From contig NW_015175470.1 in the NCBI RefSeq assembly GCF_001447785.1, positions 2,545 to 66,544 on the forward strand: a stretch of DNA of 64,000 bases, read 5' to 3'. Positions 22,761-35,086 of this stretch are shown here, one piece after another. The notes beneath the pieces are model-generated. The model saw only the letters and a program-made list of their open reading frames with translations. It did not search any database and was not told the DNA's origin. The translations under genes were made by a program, and so were the position numbers. Every line of letters starts with the position of its first letter. Within the stretch, counting starts at the first letter, position 1. The DNA comes from Gekko japonicus. Lineage: Eukaryota.

Positions 22761-24641
22761 CATTACCTATTGAACCTGAAGGTCTTGTCAGAAGTTAAGG
22801 ATGTCAGTTTTAAAATGAATGTGAAGCATTAGACGGAGGAGAAGTACGGTATGCATGTGGAAATACCAAAAGGTTCGTATGATGTAGGCAATACTTTTAA
22901 AAACACATTTCTGCTTGTTCTTTTCATAGGAAAAGAATAATAAAAATGGGTGCACAAAATGTGCAGATGTCCCCATGAAAGAACAGTGGCAACCATTTTG
23001 TTCATATGGCTTTATGAAGGCCCCTTGCAGTGATATCCTCAGCAGAGCTGCAGTGATGGATTTAGAAGACTGTAACTCTGTTGAGGATTACACTACACAA
23101 TACTAACCATATTCTGGTTTCACTCAGTTCCATGAGACTCTGAATTGGTAGCTATATTTTTTGCAGAAGAATTATGTAGGTGAAAATTCTAGCAAGTTTC
23201 TTCATGCCATTTGGTACATTAGCAATGAAATTTTAATAGTTGAAATGGGAAGAGAGAATGAATGGAATAAGCAAATATCATGAGGGTTAATCCAAGAGCT
23301 GGAAGCTACTTTGTACCTGTCAATGACTTCCTCTGAAAAACAGCCCCACAAATTTAATCACTTGTTTATAGGATGGTGAAACTGGGAGTGGGATGGGGTG
23401 TTTAAGGAATTTAGGCTCAGCATTAGTTAAAATGTAGGCGATCAGCTTTAGTAATAAGAACTTTATTTCCAAAACTGGAAGATTAAATATTTTGTGAACA
23501 TTTCTTCATTCAATGTATATCACTCATCCTGTATATCATTAGCTCTGAATTGTCCAGGTTTTTAATTTGATTGTTCGATCTATTACGTTTTATTCACTTG
23601 ATTTACATTCCTCTCTTCTACTCAATGGACACTGGAAATGGTTTACCAAAGTATCCCTTTTTCCATTATATCCGCACAACAACCCTGTGTGGTAGGTTAG
23701 GCTAAGAATACATAGGAACACCAATAAACCCTCCATTTCAGTGTAAGGATGCAAACTTGGGTGGTATTCTGATTCCGTTTTCCAAATCGTCTGCCACCAC
23801 CAATGCTGTCAGGTAATTTTCCACAACTAGTTCAAAGCTTTCAATTTTATTCCTTACTATAGCTTCAATACAACATGGTAATCGTGATAAATGTATATCC
23901 ACATTCTGAGTGAAGGAGCACTCTGAAACATAATGTGGGAGATGCTCAGGTTCTTGAGTTCCACAGAGAAGTAAGTGCTGTGCCACAGGTATTTGGATAC
24001 AGTGACCACTTGGATCAAAAGAAATATTTGCAAAGGCTAATCTAAATGTATAAAATATAACAATGGACACATAGGAAGTTCCATATAGTATCTTGTAAAC
24101 AGTTTGGACCAAGGAGAAAATGGATTCAGGTGGGCAGCCATGTTGGTCTGAAACAGCAGAACAAAGTTTGAGTCCAGTGGCACCTTTAACACCAACAAAG
24201 TTTAATTCAAAGTATGAGCTTTCGTAGTTACCTCAAATGATATTATTTGGGAAAACTGGGCTGTCTGTTATTTTGTTGGGGAATTAGCAAGAGCTTCTGA
24301 TTAGTCCCCCCCCCCCCGGTCTTCTTCCCCTTTTTGTGTTTCATACACATTTTAAGGCATGCTATCTTTAAGAGGCCTTGAAGTATTCCAAATACATGTG
24401 TGTAAGCACATATTTCCAGTTCCCACACCTTGTAGTTTGGGAGCTGCCTCTGCCCCCCACACATTCCCAAAAAGAAAGATGCCAAGTTTCTCGATGAACA
24501 TGTGGAGAGACTGAGCTACACACTAATCAGTGAGACTAGCTACAGGAAGGGCTGTGGCTCAGTGACAGTGCATCTGCTTGGAATGCACAAGGTCCCAGGC
24601 TCAATCCTGGGAATCTCCAGCTAAAAGGACAAGGCAGTAGA

Positions 24642-24991
24642 TAGGGCTGCCAAGTGGGGGCATGGGTGGGTAAACCCCCGCTTCGGAGGCCCGATTCCCG
24701 CCCCCGCGGAATCGGGCCCCGGGGGGAACTCCGCCCCCGAAGCACAGCGTGGCTGTGTCACTGGAGGTGACGCAACCACGTCAATCACATTGGGGGCGTG
24801 GCCCCGATTGTCGGAGGGAACACTCTATAGAGTTTTCCCTCCAACGATCGGGGCCACGCCCTCAACGTAATCGACATTGTGCGTCACTTCGGGTGATGTG
24901 CTGGCGGCGTGCGCACGTGCACGTAGAAGGAAGGCTCCCAGAGCCCGGCGAGGCTCCCCCGCCGGTGAGAAAATTTCACTTGGCAACCCTA
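24642..24991. mobile_element. Non-autonomous hAT-like element
   Basis: TIRs TAGGGCTGCCAAG / CTTGGCAACCCTA, 8-bp TSD GCAGTAGA, CpG-rich. Confidence 0.9.
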
Positions 24992-25091
24992 GCAGTAGAT
25001 GATGTGAAAGACCTCAACTTAAGACCCTGGAGAGCAGCTGCCAGTCTGAGTAGACTATACTGATCACAATGGACCAAGGGTCTGATTCAGT

Positions 25092-25394
25092 CAGGTCCAT
25101 AGTACAGTGGGGCATTTCAGGGCCTCCCCCCCGCAACTTCCTACCAAGACCCCCGACTTCCTTTCAGCCCAGACCCCCTGACCTTCTGGTGGTAAGATGC
25201 AGCAGCCACTGTGAACTCCCACACGCTGCAGTAGCTGCCACTTCTCCTTACCTTCCCCCTGCACCACACCTTTCTCTCCTGCACCACACCAATCAAGTTA
25301 ATTAAATTACATTTAATTGAATTAGCCAGTGCCCCTGTGCCCCCTGAGGAATTTAAATCCCCCCCCCACTTAGAAATTCCTTGCTATGGGCCTG
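25092..25394. mobile_element. Non-autonomous hAT-like element
   Basis: TIRs CAGGTCCATAG / CTATGGGCCTG, 8-bp TSD GATTCAGT. Confidence 0.9.
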
Positions 25395-26561
25395 GATTCA
25401 GTATAAGGCAGATTCATGGGACCACTTTGAGACTAAGCAGGGATGCTTTGGATCCATTCCAGCTGGTCAGAATTTTCTTTTTAACCGTCTTCAGTCTAAT
25501 GCTGTTTCTGTAATTCGGCCTTTGTTAAGACAGGTTGAGTTGGGAAAATGTCAGCTTTTGCTAACGTTGGGAATCTCCAGCAAGAAAAAAGGGGGCCAAT
25601 GTCTCAATACAGAGGAAGCTTTGCAAAGCAGCCTTTAATGGCTTATCATCAGTGGAGCTGGAGAGGGGCCTGCTTGGGGCTGGGCCATCACCATTTTGAA
25701 TCCCAGTGCTTACCAGCATGGAGGGAAGGTGATGGGTACCTTCACAATCAGCAAGTGGTCTATGGAGATCTCTGAGAGAATAACATCAGCCAGACTGCCA
25801 GGTTTGCACACTCTGTGTTGTTGTGAAGGAAGGATTAGACTGCAAGTTCTTCCAGCCTAATGACGCTGCATCTGATTCATTCCAGCACATCTCACAATGG
25901 ATACCCATCCTCTATAAGAAAGGATTACATATACAAGTTTGCATAAACCTTTTAAAAAGTTATGACTCTAGCTTCAGTTGTCTTTCCTCATTTTAATGGG
26001 CTTGTACTATTGAAAGCAAACTAGAATCAAGGCTTTCTTCATTCCTGTTCAACGTTTTCCATTTTCCTCTCCCTGCTTTGGGTTCTGCCCAAGTCCTACC
26101 CCGGCTCTAGGCCTCATCCCCAAAGCAGATAAACAATGCAAGCCAGAAGCTTCCAAGGGGCAGAAACTTGTAATAATGACAACAGGCCATCATGGCATCG
26201 TTTCTAGTTGCATAGATGGAAGTGACATCATGGTGTTGAACAACACTATAGAAAGTTCCCAAATCACTATGATCTTAACCATAGACACCATGACATCACT
26301 TTTGGGTACTTGTGTAACACTGTGACATAACTTCGGGGTACTCAACCAGAAGCAACATCATAGCATTACATTACACCTGCCCCCCTATTTTGCCCCCACT
26401 GTTCCACTGAGCAGCAGTAGGAACCTGGTTAATGGGGACAACCTGGCCCCCTAACAAAGATTGAGACTCAGATAAGCACTGCAGATTTCCATTCATTTTT
26501 CTCCACTTTTGGGGCCAGATATGTACTGGCATCAAATTATTCTATTCATGCATGAGTGATT

Positions 26562-28503
26562 ATGTCAAAAGTCCCTGTCCCAACCCTGGGTAAGAACTTT
26601 TGGTACAAAGGGGTTGCAGCAAAGCAAAGTTACAAAATACCAGAGAGAGACTAAATCTCACCCTAGTCTTCGTAGGTGCCACCAGTCCTTTCAGTCTATC
26701 CCAACAGCCCAGGAGGGAAAGGAGAATTAACAAGAAAAGTCAGCCCTGCAGAGTCGGGCTGCAGACAGAGTTTCCAAACACCAAACTGTTAGCTGGTAGG
26801 TGGTCAAAGGTCAAGGCTCTGGAAGAAGGCTTTGAGGTCAATGAAGGCAAAATCCACAACAGGATAAAAATATAGTTATTTATTTAAAGCACAAAAATAT
26901 CCAAATAAAACAAAACTGTAAGGAATAAAAATAATTAAATATAAGCATACCCAGCACAGCTAAAACATAGAGTCAAGGTTCCAAGTTACCATTATGGTTC
27001 AGCTTAGGCAGTTAGCTCCAGCAAATCAAGATGTTTAGGGCATAGCCCTTCCAAGAAGCAGTCAAGATGGATACAACCACTGAAATGCTTCAGTGCCAAG
27101 TGGTCACAAAGCTCAGCCATATAGCAAAGGCTAACTAGATTTATAGAGAGGGTCTCTGATTGACCTCAGGCCTGTTAGGCCAATCAGAAGCTAGAGAGAT
27201 AATGTAACTCTCTGTATGTTGCTAGGCACGCAATGTCCAGGGATGGACCAGAGGGGGAAGCAATGAAACCATACTGTAACTAGGTCCTGCCCTTTCCCAC
27301 ACAGGTGCCCCATAACTTCAGTTGCTTGGAATGTGCTAATTGGAAGGACCAGGGCGAAGTGGTACTCTGAGTCCCTAGCACTTCAGCAGCAAAAAAATTA
27401 GCTGACAAGGTCACTGTGCTCTATCTCTAACCATCTCTGAGAAGATTTTTGTAGACCCCTCTGCAGCCTGAACCAAATATTTTATTTGTGGCTCCAGTTC
27501 TTAATCGGGATGGAGAGGTTTGGCCTGGCACCTAGGAACCATTTTTCTTTACTAATTATACCCTCTTTTAGGTAGCAGGTACTAAAAATCAAAGTTTCTG
27601 AGCTGTTGCAAGAATTTTGTAGCCCTGGACAGTCTAAACTAATTTTGTATAGTGTTACCTGCACCCCCCTCTAGATTCGTAATGGTCTGGTGTGTGCCCC
27701 TTACCAAGGCGGGTAGAATGTAAAAGGAAAGTTAGCTGGAATGCAACACAAGGTTATTTAAACAATAAAATAGTTTATTAGCTAGAGACATGCAAGCAAT
27801 ATAAAACAGAATACTTACTTCATAAGAAAAAAAGACAGTCAGTGGTTACATATATAAACAAAGATTCCCCATGCACAGAAAGCTTTCTGGACTGGCCCAA
27901 ATAGATCACGGAAGGCAAAGCCTTCTCTGGATCTCTGAGAGTCAGTGCTGAAATGAAGCTCCTGGCCTTTTTTTTATACCATTTTGGTCCCATACATTTC
28001 GATAAAGCCATAGAAATTATAAACTACAGCAATTAATCTAATTGCCCTGTTAATTGTGAGCCATCATTGCCTTGGAGATGTTCACACATTCCATAGGCAA
28101 TGGGGCATCCTGATGCTCCTTTGCAAAACAATACAAGATAGCACCTAAATCTCTAAATGACAAAGACAAGAATGTTACAATTTCAGGATGTTCTTTGTTT
28201 CCTTGACCCCAAGCAGACATCCAGGCACTTGTCTGGAGACTGGAGATGTGTAGTGAGTTTCTGTATGTAGACAAGCCTTAGTATTTGCAAATATCCTGGC
28301 TTCCTTCTTAATGGCAGGGGCATACCAATCTTTTATTCTTAAAATGTTTCCAAATTCCTTAGGTCTAAATGTTTTCCAAATTCTTTAGGTTCATGAACAA
28401 TGTAATGCAGATGTTAGTTAAGGTGGAGGAAATATATCTTTTGAGACAAAGGCCTAGCAAAGTCATGTTGGGAGTCGTGCTGCTAGCTGTTTGGAAAGTT
28501 ACA
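26562..28503. mobile_element. Probable LTR-derived segments (~26562-27470 and ~27653-28503)
   Basis: TGT starts, ...TTACA end at 28503, LTR-like TTTATT and CCAAT boxes. No clear TSD, so boundaries are uncertain. Confidence 0.3.
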
Positions 28504-28574
28504 GAGAAAGAGGAGAGACAAAGACTATGATTTATTTATGAAATTAATTGTATAAATGGGTTTCAAATTTTCTG

Positions 28575-28818
28575 AACCATCTTAATTAATTTTTTTTCTC
28601 ACAACATGAGCCACAACAGAAAAGACTTCAGGGGAAGAAAATATATATGTGACATCATTTTGGTAAATATTTTCTCAAGGTGCATTTCCATGATGCAACT
28701 CCCTGAGAGACCATCAAAACCACTAATGATTTTTTATGTTCTTCATAATGTGCTTTCCCCAGTAAAGAGCAACCTGGAGCTCAAACACACTCATCATCTG
28801 CGACAAGCAGCTGCAGAG
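28575..28818 (+). promoter_or_regulatory. Putative OR promoter and non-coding exon 1 for the OR at 30015
   Basis: TTAATTAA, TGCAACTCCCTGAGAG (O/E-like), GTAAAGAGC, CTCAAACACACTCATC...AGAG|GTGAGC, homologous to the cassette at 2860-2995. Confidence 0.55.
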
Positions 28819-28920
28819 GTGAGCATTATCCTTGTTGATCCCACAATACACTTTCAACTTTCAGGTGCTGTTTTTAAGAACTGAAGTACATAATGTAGTG
28901 TCTATCTTGAAACAGCATTT

Positions 28921-29073
28921 GGCTGCAGTCACGCACACTGAATAATCCGATTTCAATCCATCTTCAGTGCACTTTCCAACTGGATTTTTTACTGTGTGAA
29001 CTGGCAAAATCCAGTTAGAAAGTGCATTGAAAGAGCATTGAAAGAGGATTATTTAGTGTGTGTGACCGCAGCC
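28921..29073. mobile_element. Palindromic Harbinger-like MITE (153 bp)
   Basis: TIRs GGCTGCAGTCAC / GTGACCGCAGCC, 3-bp TSD TTT, long internal inverted repeat. Same TIR type as 8732-9277. Confidence 0.85.
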
Positions 29074-30014
29074 TTTATGTGGCAAATGTAAAGACTACCA
29101 TATGAGTGGATAAAAATATCTCGAAACTATTGTTTCCTACCTTTTAGTAGGACAAATGACACAAGTGGGGTAGGCAAAATTAGTATTGATTCTCCCACAG
29201 TAGGAGAATTCTTCCTTTCATCCATGTAGGATATCTGTCAAATAACTTGAAGGATAGTCTAATCCCATATGAAATTTGCAGTTGTCTAAGATCTAACAAT
29301 GAGACCCTACTCAAGAATCTGGCTCAGGTGGATACAAAGCCCCTTTGACTTCAACGGCATTAGAAGGGTGAACACCATTTAGGATTGTACCACTGGTGAC
29401 CCTCAGGAGTAGGGTGCTCTTAGTTATTGCCTAGGTATTTTGAAATCCATTACCTGGAAATGTTCCCCTTTACCTCTCCCTTTCATCCTTCTAGGAGCAA
29501 ATAAAGACCGAGATTTTTCAGTAAACAACAGGTAATAAGTTCTAAACAATTTAATTCTGCTTATCATTTATGATTCTGTTCTGTTTACTATTGATTAATA
29601 AAGATTATATGGCTTTTACCAGATTACTATTATAAATGGCTGTGAATTGATGTGAATGCTTCTAATATAGAGTAAATCTCTGAAAAAAAAACATGCAAAC
29701 CAAGTAAGGGAAGATATCCAAGTTTAACTGTTAGAAATCCCAAAATGATCACTTTGAATGAATGGATGTCTACATATGCAATACATTGACTCCCCAAATT
29801 CTTTTCATATTGTTTGATATTAGATTACCATTTCTGGAGAATTACTTTTGACTTAAAATTTCAAGGAGGCATACAATTCATGGTAGATAAATATCACAAA
29901 TTTAATTTAATTTAATCAAAATTTAATTTAATTTAATTTAATCAAAATTTAATTGGATAGATATACTACATTAATGTCTATTGTTCTTTCCACAGGATAT
30001 CTGAAGGAAATGAA

Positions 30015-30983
30015 ATGACCAATAGGTCTACTGCGACAGAGTTCCTTCTAATGGGATTTGCCAATGTCCATGATATGCAATTTTTGCATTTTGTGATATT
30101 TCTTTCGGTTTACATCTCAGCCCTAATTGGGAATATTCTCATAATTGTAGCTGTATCCCTCAACCACCAGCTTCACACTCCAATGTACTTTTTTTTGGTG
30201 AACTTATCATTTTCAGATGCATGTTTTATTTCTGCCACTGTCCCCAATTCCATGGCCACTTCCATAATGAACAATACACTGATTTCTTTCTCTGGCTGTG
30301 TGGGTCAGGTTTTTTTAGTTGTTACTTTTGCAGGTGCTGAGATAGCCCTGCTCACTATCATGGCTTACGACCGCTATGTAGCCATCTGCCATCCTCTGCG
30401 GTACAGGTTAATCATGAGTTGGGATGCCTGTATCCAGATGGCAGCAGCTTCTTGGATAAGCAGAGTGAGCCACGCAGCATTACAAACTGGTATCACATTC
30501 AGGTTACACTTCTGTGAGTCCAATATTATCAAGCAGTTTTTTTGTGATATCCCTCAGCTAGAAATGATCTCTTGCAATGATGCAGAAGCTAATCAAGTTC
30601 TGGTCTTTATTTCTCTAAGCGTTGTTGTAGACTCCTTCTGCATTTTGTTCATCTTTGTTTCCTATGGCTACATCTTTTCCTCTGTGCTGAGAATTCCATC
30701 AGTTCAAGGCAGATACAAAGCATTCTCTACTTGCACTCCCCACTTGATAGTCTTCTGTTTATTTATGCTTACAGGTATGTTTTCCTACTTGAGGCCAAAA
30801 GAACTTTCTTCTCCAACTGTGGACTTGCTTTTTGCTGTTTTGTACAATGTCTTGCCACCCATGCTGAATCCTATCATTTACAGCCTCAGGAACAAGGATA
30901 TCCAAGTGCCAGTATGGACAATACTGAAGACTATAGCAGGATTATTTAGGACTCATCATAGCTGTCTGAATTATAGTGCATAG
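30015..30983 (+). CDS. Olfactory receptor, group gamma (OR14-like), 322 aa, intact
   Basis: N-glycosylation sequon NRS, LHTPMYFFL, MAYDRYVAICHPLRY, KAFSTCTPHL, PMLNPIIYSLRNK. Acceptor TCTTTCCACAG ends at 29995. Confidence 0.95.
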   Translation: MTNRSTATEFLLMGFANVHDMQFLHFVIFLSVYISALIGNILIIVAVSLNHQLHTPMYFFLVNLSFSDACFISATVPNSMATSIMNNTLISFSGCVGQVFLVVTFAGAEIALLTIMAYDRYVAICHPLRYRLIMSWDACIQMAAASWISRVSHAALQTGITFRLHFCESNIIKQFFCDIPQLEMISCNDAEANQVLVFISLSVVVDSFCILFIFVSYGYIFSSVLRIPSVQGRYKAFSTCTPHLIVFCLFMLTGMFSYLRPKELSSPTVDLLFAVLYNVLPPMLNPIIYSLRNKDIQVPVWTILKTIAGLFRTHHSCLNYSA

Positions 30984-31379
30984 AGAGCACAGTGGCTAAT
31001 AGTTGGAAGGAATAATGGGTTGGATCCTATTGTCATTTTCCCATTAGCACAAGAATATTTCTGCCAGTGGATGAAGCAGCAACATATTACCTGATTTCTC
31101 TCCTAACTCCTGGATAACAAACCAAATATGGTTCCTGGGGGTTCCCCTGAAACTTAGAGGGAGCACTTTAACAAGACAGCACTTCTGTTTGATGGAGCAT
31201 CAGAGAAGAGGTCAAAATAATTTATTCTAAGCATCTTCTACTCTACCCCATGATGGCTGGATCCAGCAAATTTGCCTTCCCCCCAGTTTTCTCACATTCT
31301 ATTGCTTGTGTTGGATCCTACCAAAGATTTTACAGGGGGGGGGGGTGTCCCCTGTCCCTCAGGGGTATGTTTGGGTGAC

Positions 31380-32262
31380 TAATTACAGGAGACCTAAAAA
31401 CATTTATTAGGCAAAATATATAAAAGGCTGTTGCGATACAAAATGAAAACAGAGCAAGTGAAAGATAGTATGATTAAATGGATGAATTTTTTTGGAAAGA
31501 ATATTTCTCTAAGTCAGTGGGAAAACTTATGGACTAAAGAAATTAAATTCACCAAGTCCCAAATGTTAAGGGAGAATTTGTGTAAAACGTTTTTTAGATC
31601 GTACAGTACTCCCAAAGAAATTTCAAAAACCCATAAGAATTATAATGAAAAATGTTGGAAATGTCAAAGTACAGATGCAATGTTTTATCATATATGGTGC
31701 ACATGTAAGAAAGCAAGATGATATTGAATAAAGATCCATTAAGGGATACAAAAGCTATTAAAATTTAAGTTTGTGATGGACCTAAAGTATGCTATTAAAT
31801 ATTTTACCAAGTAATATTACAAGAACACATAATGAACTATCTAAATACATCGTAACATTGGCAAGGCTGATATTTGCATCTAAACGAAAGGCAGAAAAAT
31901 GCCCAGAATTGATGGATTGGAAGAATAAATTTAATGAGTATGTGATTATGGCAAAACTAGTATCTCATTTATACAAGAGATTGAATCTAGAATTTCAAGA
32001 AAAATGGGGGGGTACTTTTTGACAATATAGCTGAAAACTAGGACTGAATTGTTAAAGTGGAGAATGATTAAGAGATGTAATCAGGCTATGCATGCTTGTA
32101 ACATTGAAATGTTAGATATGAAGTAATGAAGAAAAGAAGATAGATTAAAAAATAAGTGAAAATTTAGAGTATATATAAATCAGACCTAAGCACTAAAGCA
32201 AGTTCTCATTGACAATTGTAATACATAGAATAGTATATAGTTTATGTAGGAACTAGATATAA
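31380..32262 (+). mobile_element. Degenerate L1/Tx1-clade LINE 3' end
   Basis: Broken ORFs 31431-31721 (CWKCQSTDAMFYHIWCTC) and 31789-32022, with an AT-rich 3' UTR. Confidence 0.8.
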
Positions 32263-32263
32263 T

Positions 32264-32505
32264 AAAGGTAAAGGTTCCCTTGCTCGAAAGCCAGTCGAAT
32301 CCGACTCTAGGGTTGTGGTGCTCATCTCCATTTCAAAGCCGAAGAGCCAGCGCTGTCCGAAGATGTTTCTGTGGTCATGTGGCTGGCATGACTAAACACC
32401 AAGGCGCACGGAACGATGTTACCTTCCCACCAAAGTGGTACCTATTTATCTACTTGCAGTTTTTTTGCTTTCAAACTGCTAGGTTGGCAGGAGCTGGAAC
32501 TAATA
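32264..32505 (-). mobile_element. Sauria SINE (Squam1-like)
   Basis: (AAAGGT)n tail on the plus strand followed by GCTCATCTCCATTTC...GGTCATGTGGCTGGCATGACT...TACCTATTTATCTACTTG. Confidence 0.8.
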
Positions 32506-32626
32506 AATGACCATAAATTATTATCCTTGTTTATGTCTAAGCTTTTGTCTCTATCCATGTAAGATGATTGTCTATGTATAACTATGTATATTTGTATAAT
32601 TACTGATATTTCTGTTTGTTTGTTTT

Positions 32627-32661
32627 TATGTATGTATGTATGTATGTATGTATGTATGTAT
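32627..32661. repeat. (TATG)n microsatellite
   Basis: About 9 perfect units. Confidence 0.9.
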
Positions 32662-33381
32662 GGGCTCCAATTGTCAGGAGCTGAGGAAGTCATGCTCTGA
32701 AGATTCCAATCCTTCCATCAGCTGAAATGTGCCACTGCATCCAAGTGTTCCTTCTACATATTATAGTTTGTTTTGTACTGTCAGTTATTGCTGCTTTATT
32801 CTTAACTTTGATTAGAACTTAGAGCCTTTTGCATTCTACTGTCTCCCCTTCTGTCTCCCCATAAAACAGGTGTTCCTTCCACAAGGAGCTTTTCCTTTTA
32901 GAATTTGAGTTGGATCCAGCCAGCTTTTCTGCTGGTGAAAAGGGGAGCCATGAGCATCCTTTGGCCAAAAAAATACTATGCTGGAGATCATGGGATTGGC
33001 ATGAACAAAAGCTGCATGGGACAGGAGCAGCAATAAAGAAGTTAATTGGACACGATTTAGTGAAAAAGCTGTCTAGACCCAACCCTTTTGTTGGCAACAA
33101 TACTGGTGCATGGATTTATTTTGCTTGTTTTTTTAAAAAAACGCCTTCACACATCATCATCCCCATTTCATCTGTCAGGTTTCTACTGCATTGCTCTATT
33201 CTTTCTCTAACCTGCTTTGCTACCATCTTTCCTGAAAGATCACGGTCAAAGTGGGTGTGAGTCAAGGACCAGCCTTTCAGGTTCCATGCAGTTGCTAGGC
33301 ACTCCAACTGGCCCAACCAGATTTAAACACAGCAAGGCTGGAAGTGGCAGAATGATGCCAGCAAGGATGTGGGGTCTGGTC

Positions 33382-33587
33382 CAGTGTTCCCTCTAAGCTG
33401 AGTTAGTGTGAGCTGGCTCACAGCTTTTTAGCCTCCAGCTCACACATTTTTGTCTTAGCTCGGGAAGGAGGGCTCCAGAGCAAACTAATTTATGCAGCAG
33501 TCAAATTGCTCGCTCACAACTTTAATGCCCGTAGCTCACAAAGTAGAATTTTTGCTCACAAGACTCCACAGCTTATAGGGAACATTG
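33382..33587. mobile_element. hAT MITE, 206 bp (family copy 1)
   Basis: TIR CAGTGTTCCCTCTAAG / CTTATAGGGAACATTG, 8-bp TSD GTCTGGTC. Confidence 0.9.
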
Positions 33588-33634
33588 GTCTGGTCCATGG
33601 TTTACCAGCACAAAACAGGGGGACCACCTGGCAG

Positions 33635-35082
33635 GCATAAGAAGATCCTTGCAGGATCAGATCAGTGGTCCATCTAGTACAGCACAGAGGCCAATCAGTT
33701 CTTCTGGATAGCCAACAACAGGGCATAGAGGCTGAGGTCCTCCCTTGACGTTGCCTCCTGGCTCTGAGATTCACTGGCTCAGTCCCTCTGAATGTGGAGG
33801 TTACCCTCAGTCACCATGGCTAGTAGTCATTGATAGACATATCCTCCATGAATCTATCTAATCCGTTTTAAAAGCTGTTATTCCTGCGGCCATCACTATA
33901 TACTCTGGCAGCTAATTTCACATGTTAATTACTCTCTGTGTAAAGTACTGTACATCCTGAACCTACTGCCCATTAGTTTCATTGGACGCCCTTGAGTTCT
34001 AGTATTTTGGGAGAGGGAGAAAAAAAAATCTCTTTGTCAACTTTCTCCACCCCATGCGTAATTTTATAAACCTCTATCATGTCCCCCCTTAGTAGTCTCT
34101 TTCCTAAACTCAAAAGTCCCAGACTCTTTAGTCTTTCCTCGTAGGGAAGGTGCTCCAACCCTCTAATAATCTTGGTTGCCCTCCTCTGTACACAGTATTC
34201 CAAATGAGGCTGAACCATAGATCTATACAAGGACATTACAATTTTGGCCATTTTATTCTCAGTCCCTTTCCTAAGAATCCCTGACATAGAGTTTGCCTTT
34301 TTCACTGCTGCAGCACACTGGGTTGATATTTTCATTGAGCTATCCACTATGACCCCAAGATCTGTTTCCCTCTCAGTCTCAAAACTAAAGGACCATGATG
34401 TGTAAGGATATCTGGAACAACTAAAGCACCATGTATGAACTGGTTATAGTTGGAACAAAATAAATAAACTCTGTGTTATACTTAAACAACTAGAAAAGGC
34501 TATAAGTGCCTAACACACTTTGCACAATATAACTCAGTGTACAAAGAATAAAATATACAAAATACACACAAGACCAACTTATGGGCTACACCAGTTCAAA
34601 AGTGCACAGGACTTCACAAGAAACTGAGATGAACTGAGGCTTCAAGGACTATGGAGACAAGTAAAAAAAAAAATGTTTCATGTGTCTACTTTAGGTCTTA
34701 CAGCTAGAGAGATCAAAAATTACAAATGTGGAAGTCAAATCCATGAACTAATACAGAAAGAATTCCAGCAAGTGTCATGAAGCTAATATCTTTTGTAATG
34801 CTGAGAATCGCCAATCAAACATATGTACGTAGTACTAAACCTTGAGAAATTCACAGCTAACTTAGATTCTCCTGATGTTCCAGTGTGCATCACCTTACAC
34901 TTACCAACACTGAACTTAATTTGCCACACTGTTGCCCACCCACCCAGTTTGTGGAGGCCCTCTTGGAGCTCTTAATGGTCTGCCTTGTCTTTCACCATCC
35001 TGAATAATTTTGTGTCATCTGCAAACTTGGCCACTACACTATTCACCCCTAGTTCCAGATCATTTAGGAATAAATTAAATAG
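33635..35082 (-). mobile_element. CR1 LINE fragments (3' part ~33635-34380; RT piece ~34860-35082; further piece ~36680-36770)
   Basis: STQCAAAVKKANSM...PHLEYCVQ...LPYEERLKSLGL...RGDMIEVYKI in ORF 33979-34347, and KFADDTKLF on the minus strand near 35010. Confidence 0.85.
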
Positions 35083-35086
35083 TAAG

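Larger units (their letters stand above)
24546..25417 (+). mobile_element. Squam2-like SINE interrupted by two hAT-like elements
   Basis: Removing the two inserts restores the sequence seen at 12767-12966. Confidence 0.75.
15897..25561. repeat. Segmental duplication unit B
   Basis: Collinear paralog of unit A with a different set of insertions. Confidence 0.9.

Noticed and set aside
2180-25561. Units A and B as uncollapsed haplotypes
   Set aside because: Substantial divergence and about ten unit-specific insertions indicate a real paralogous duplication.
25630-25700. MAYHQW as a remnant of MAYDRY for the orphan promoter's lost CDS
   Set aside because: No surrounding OR similarity, so probably chance.
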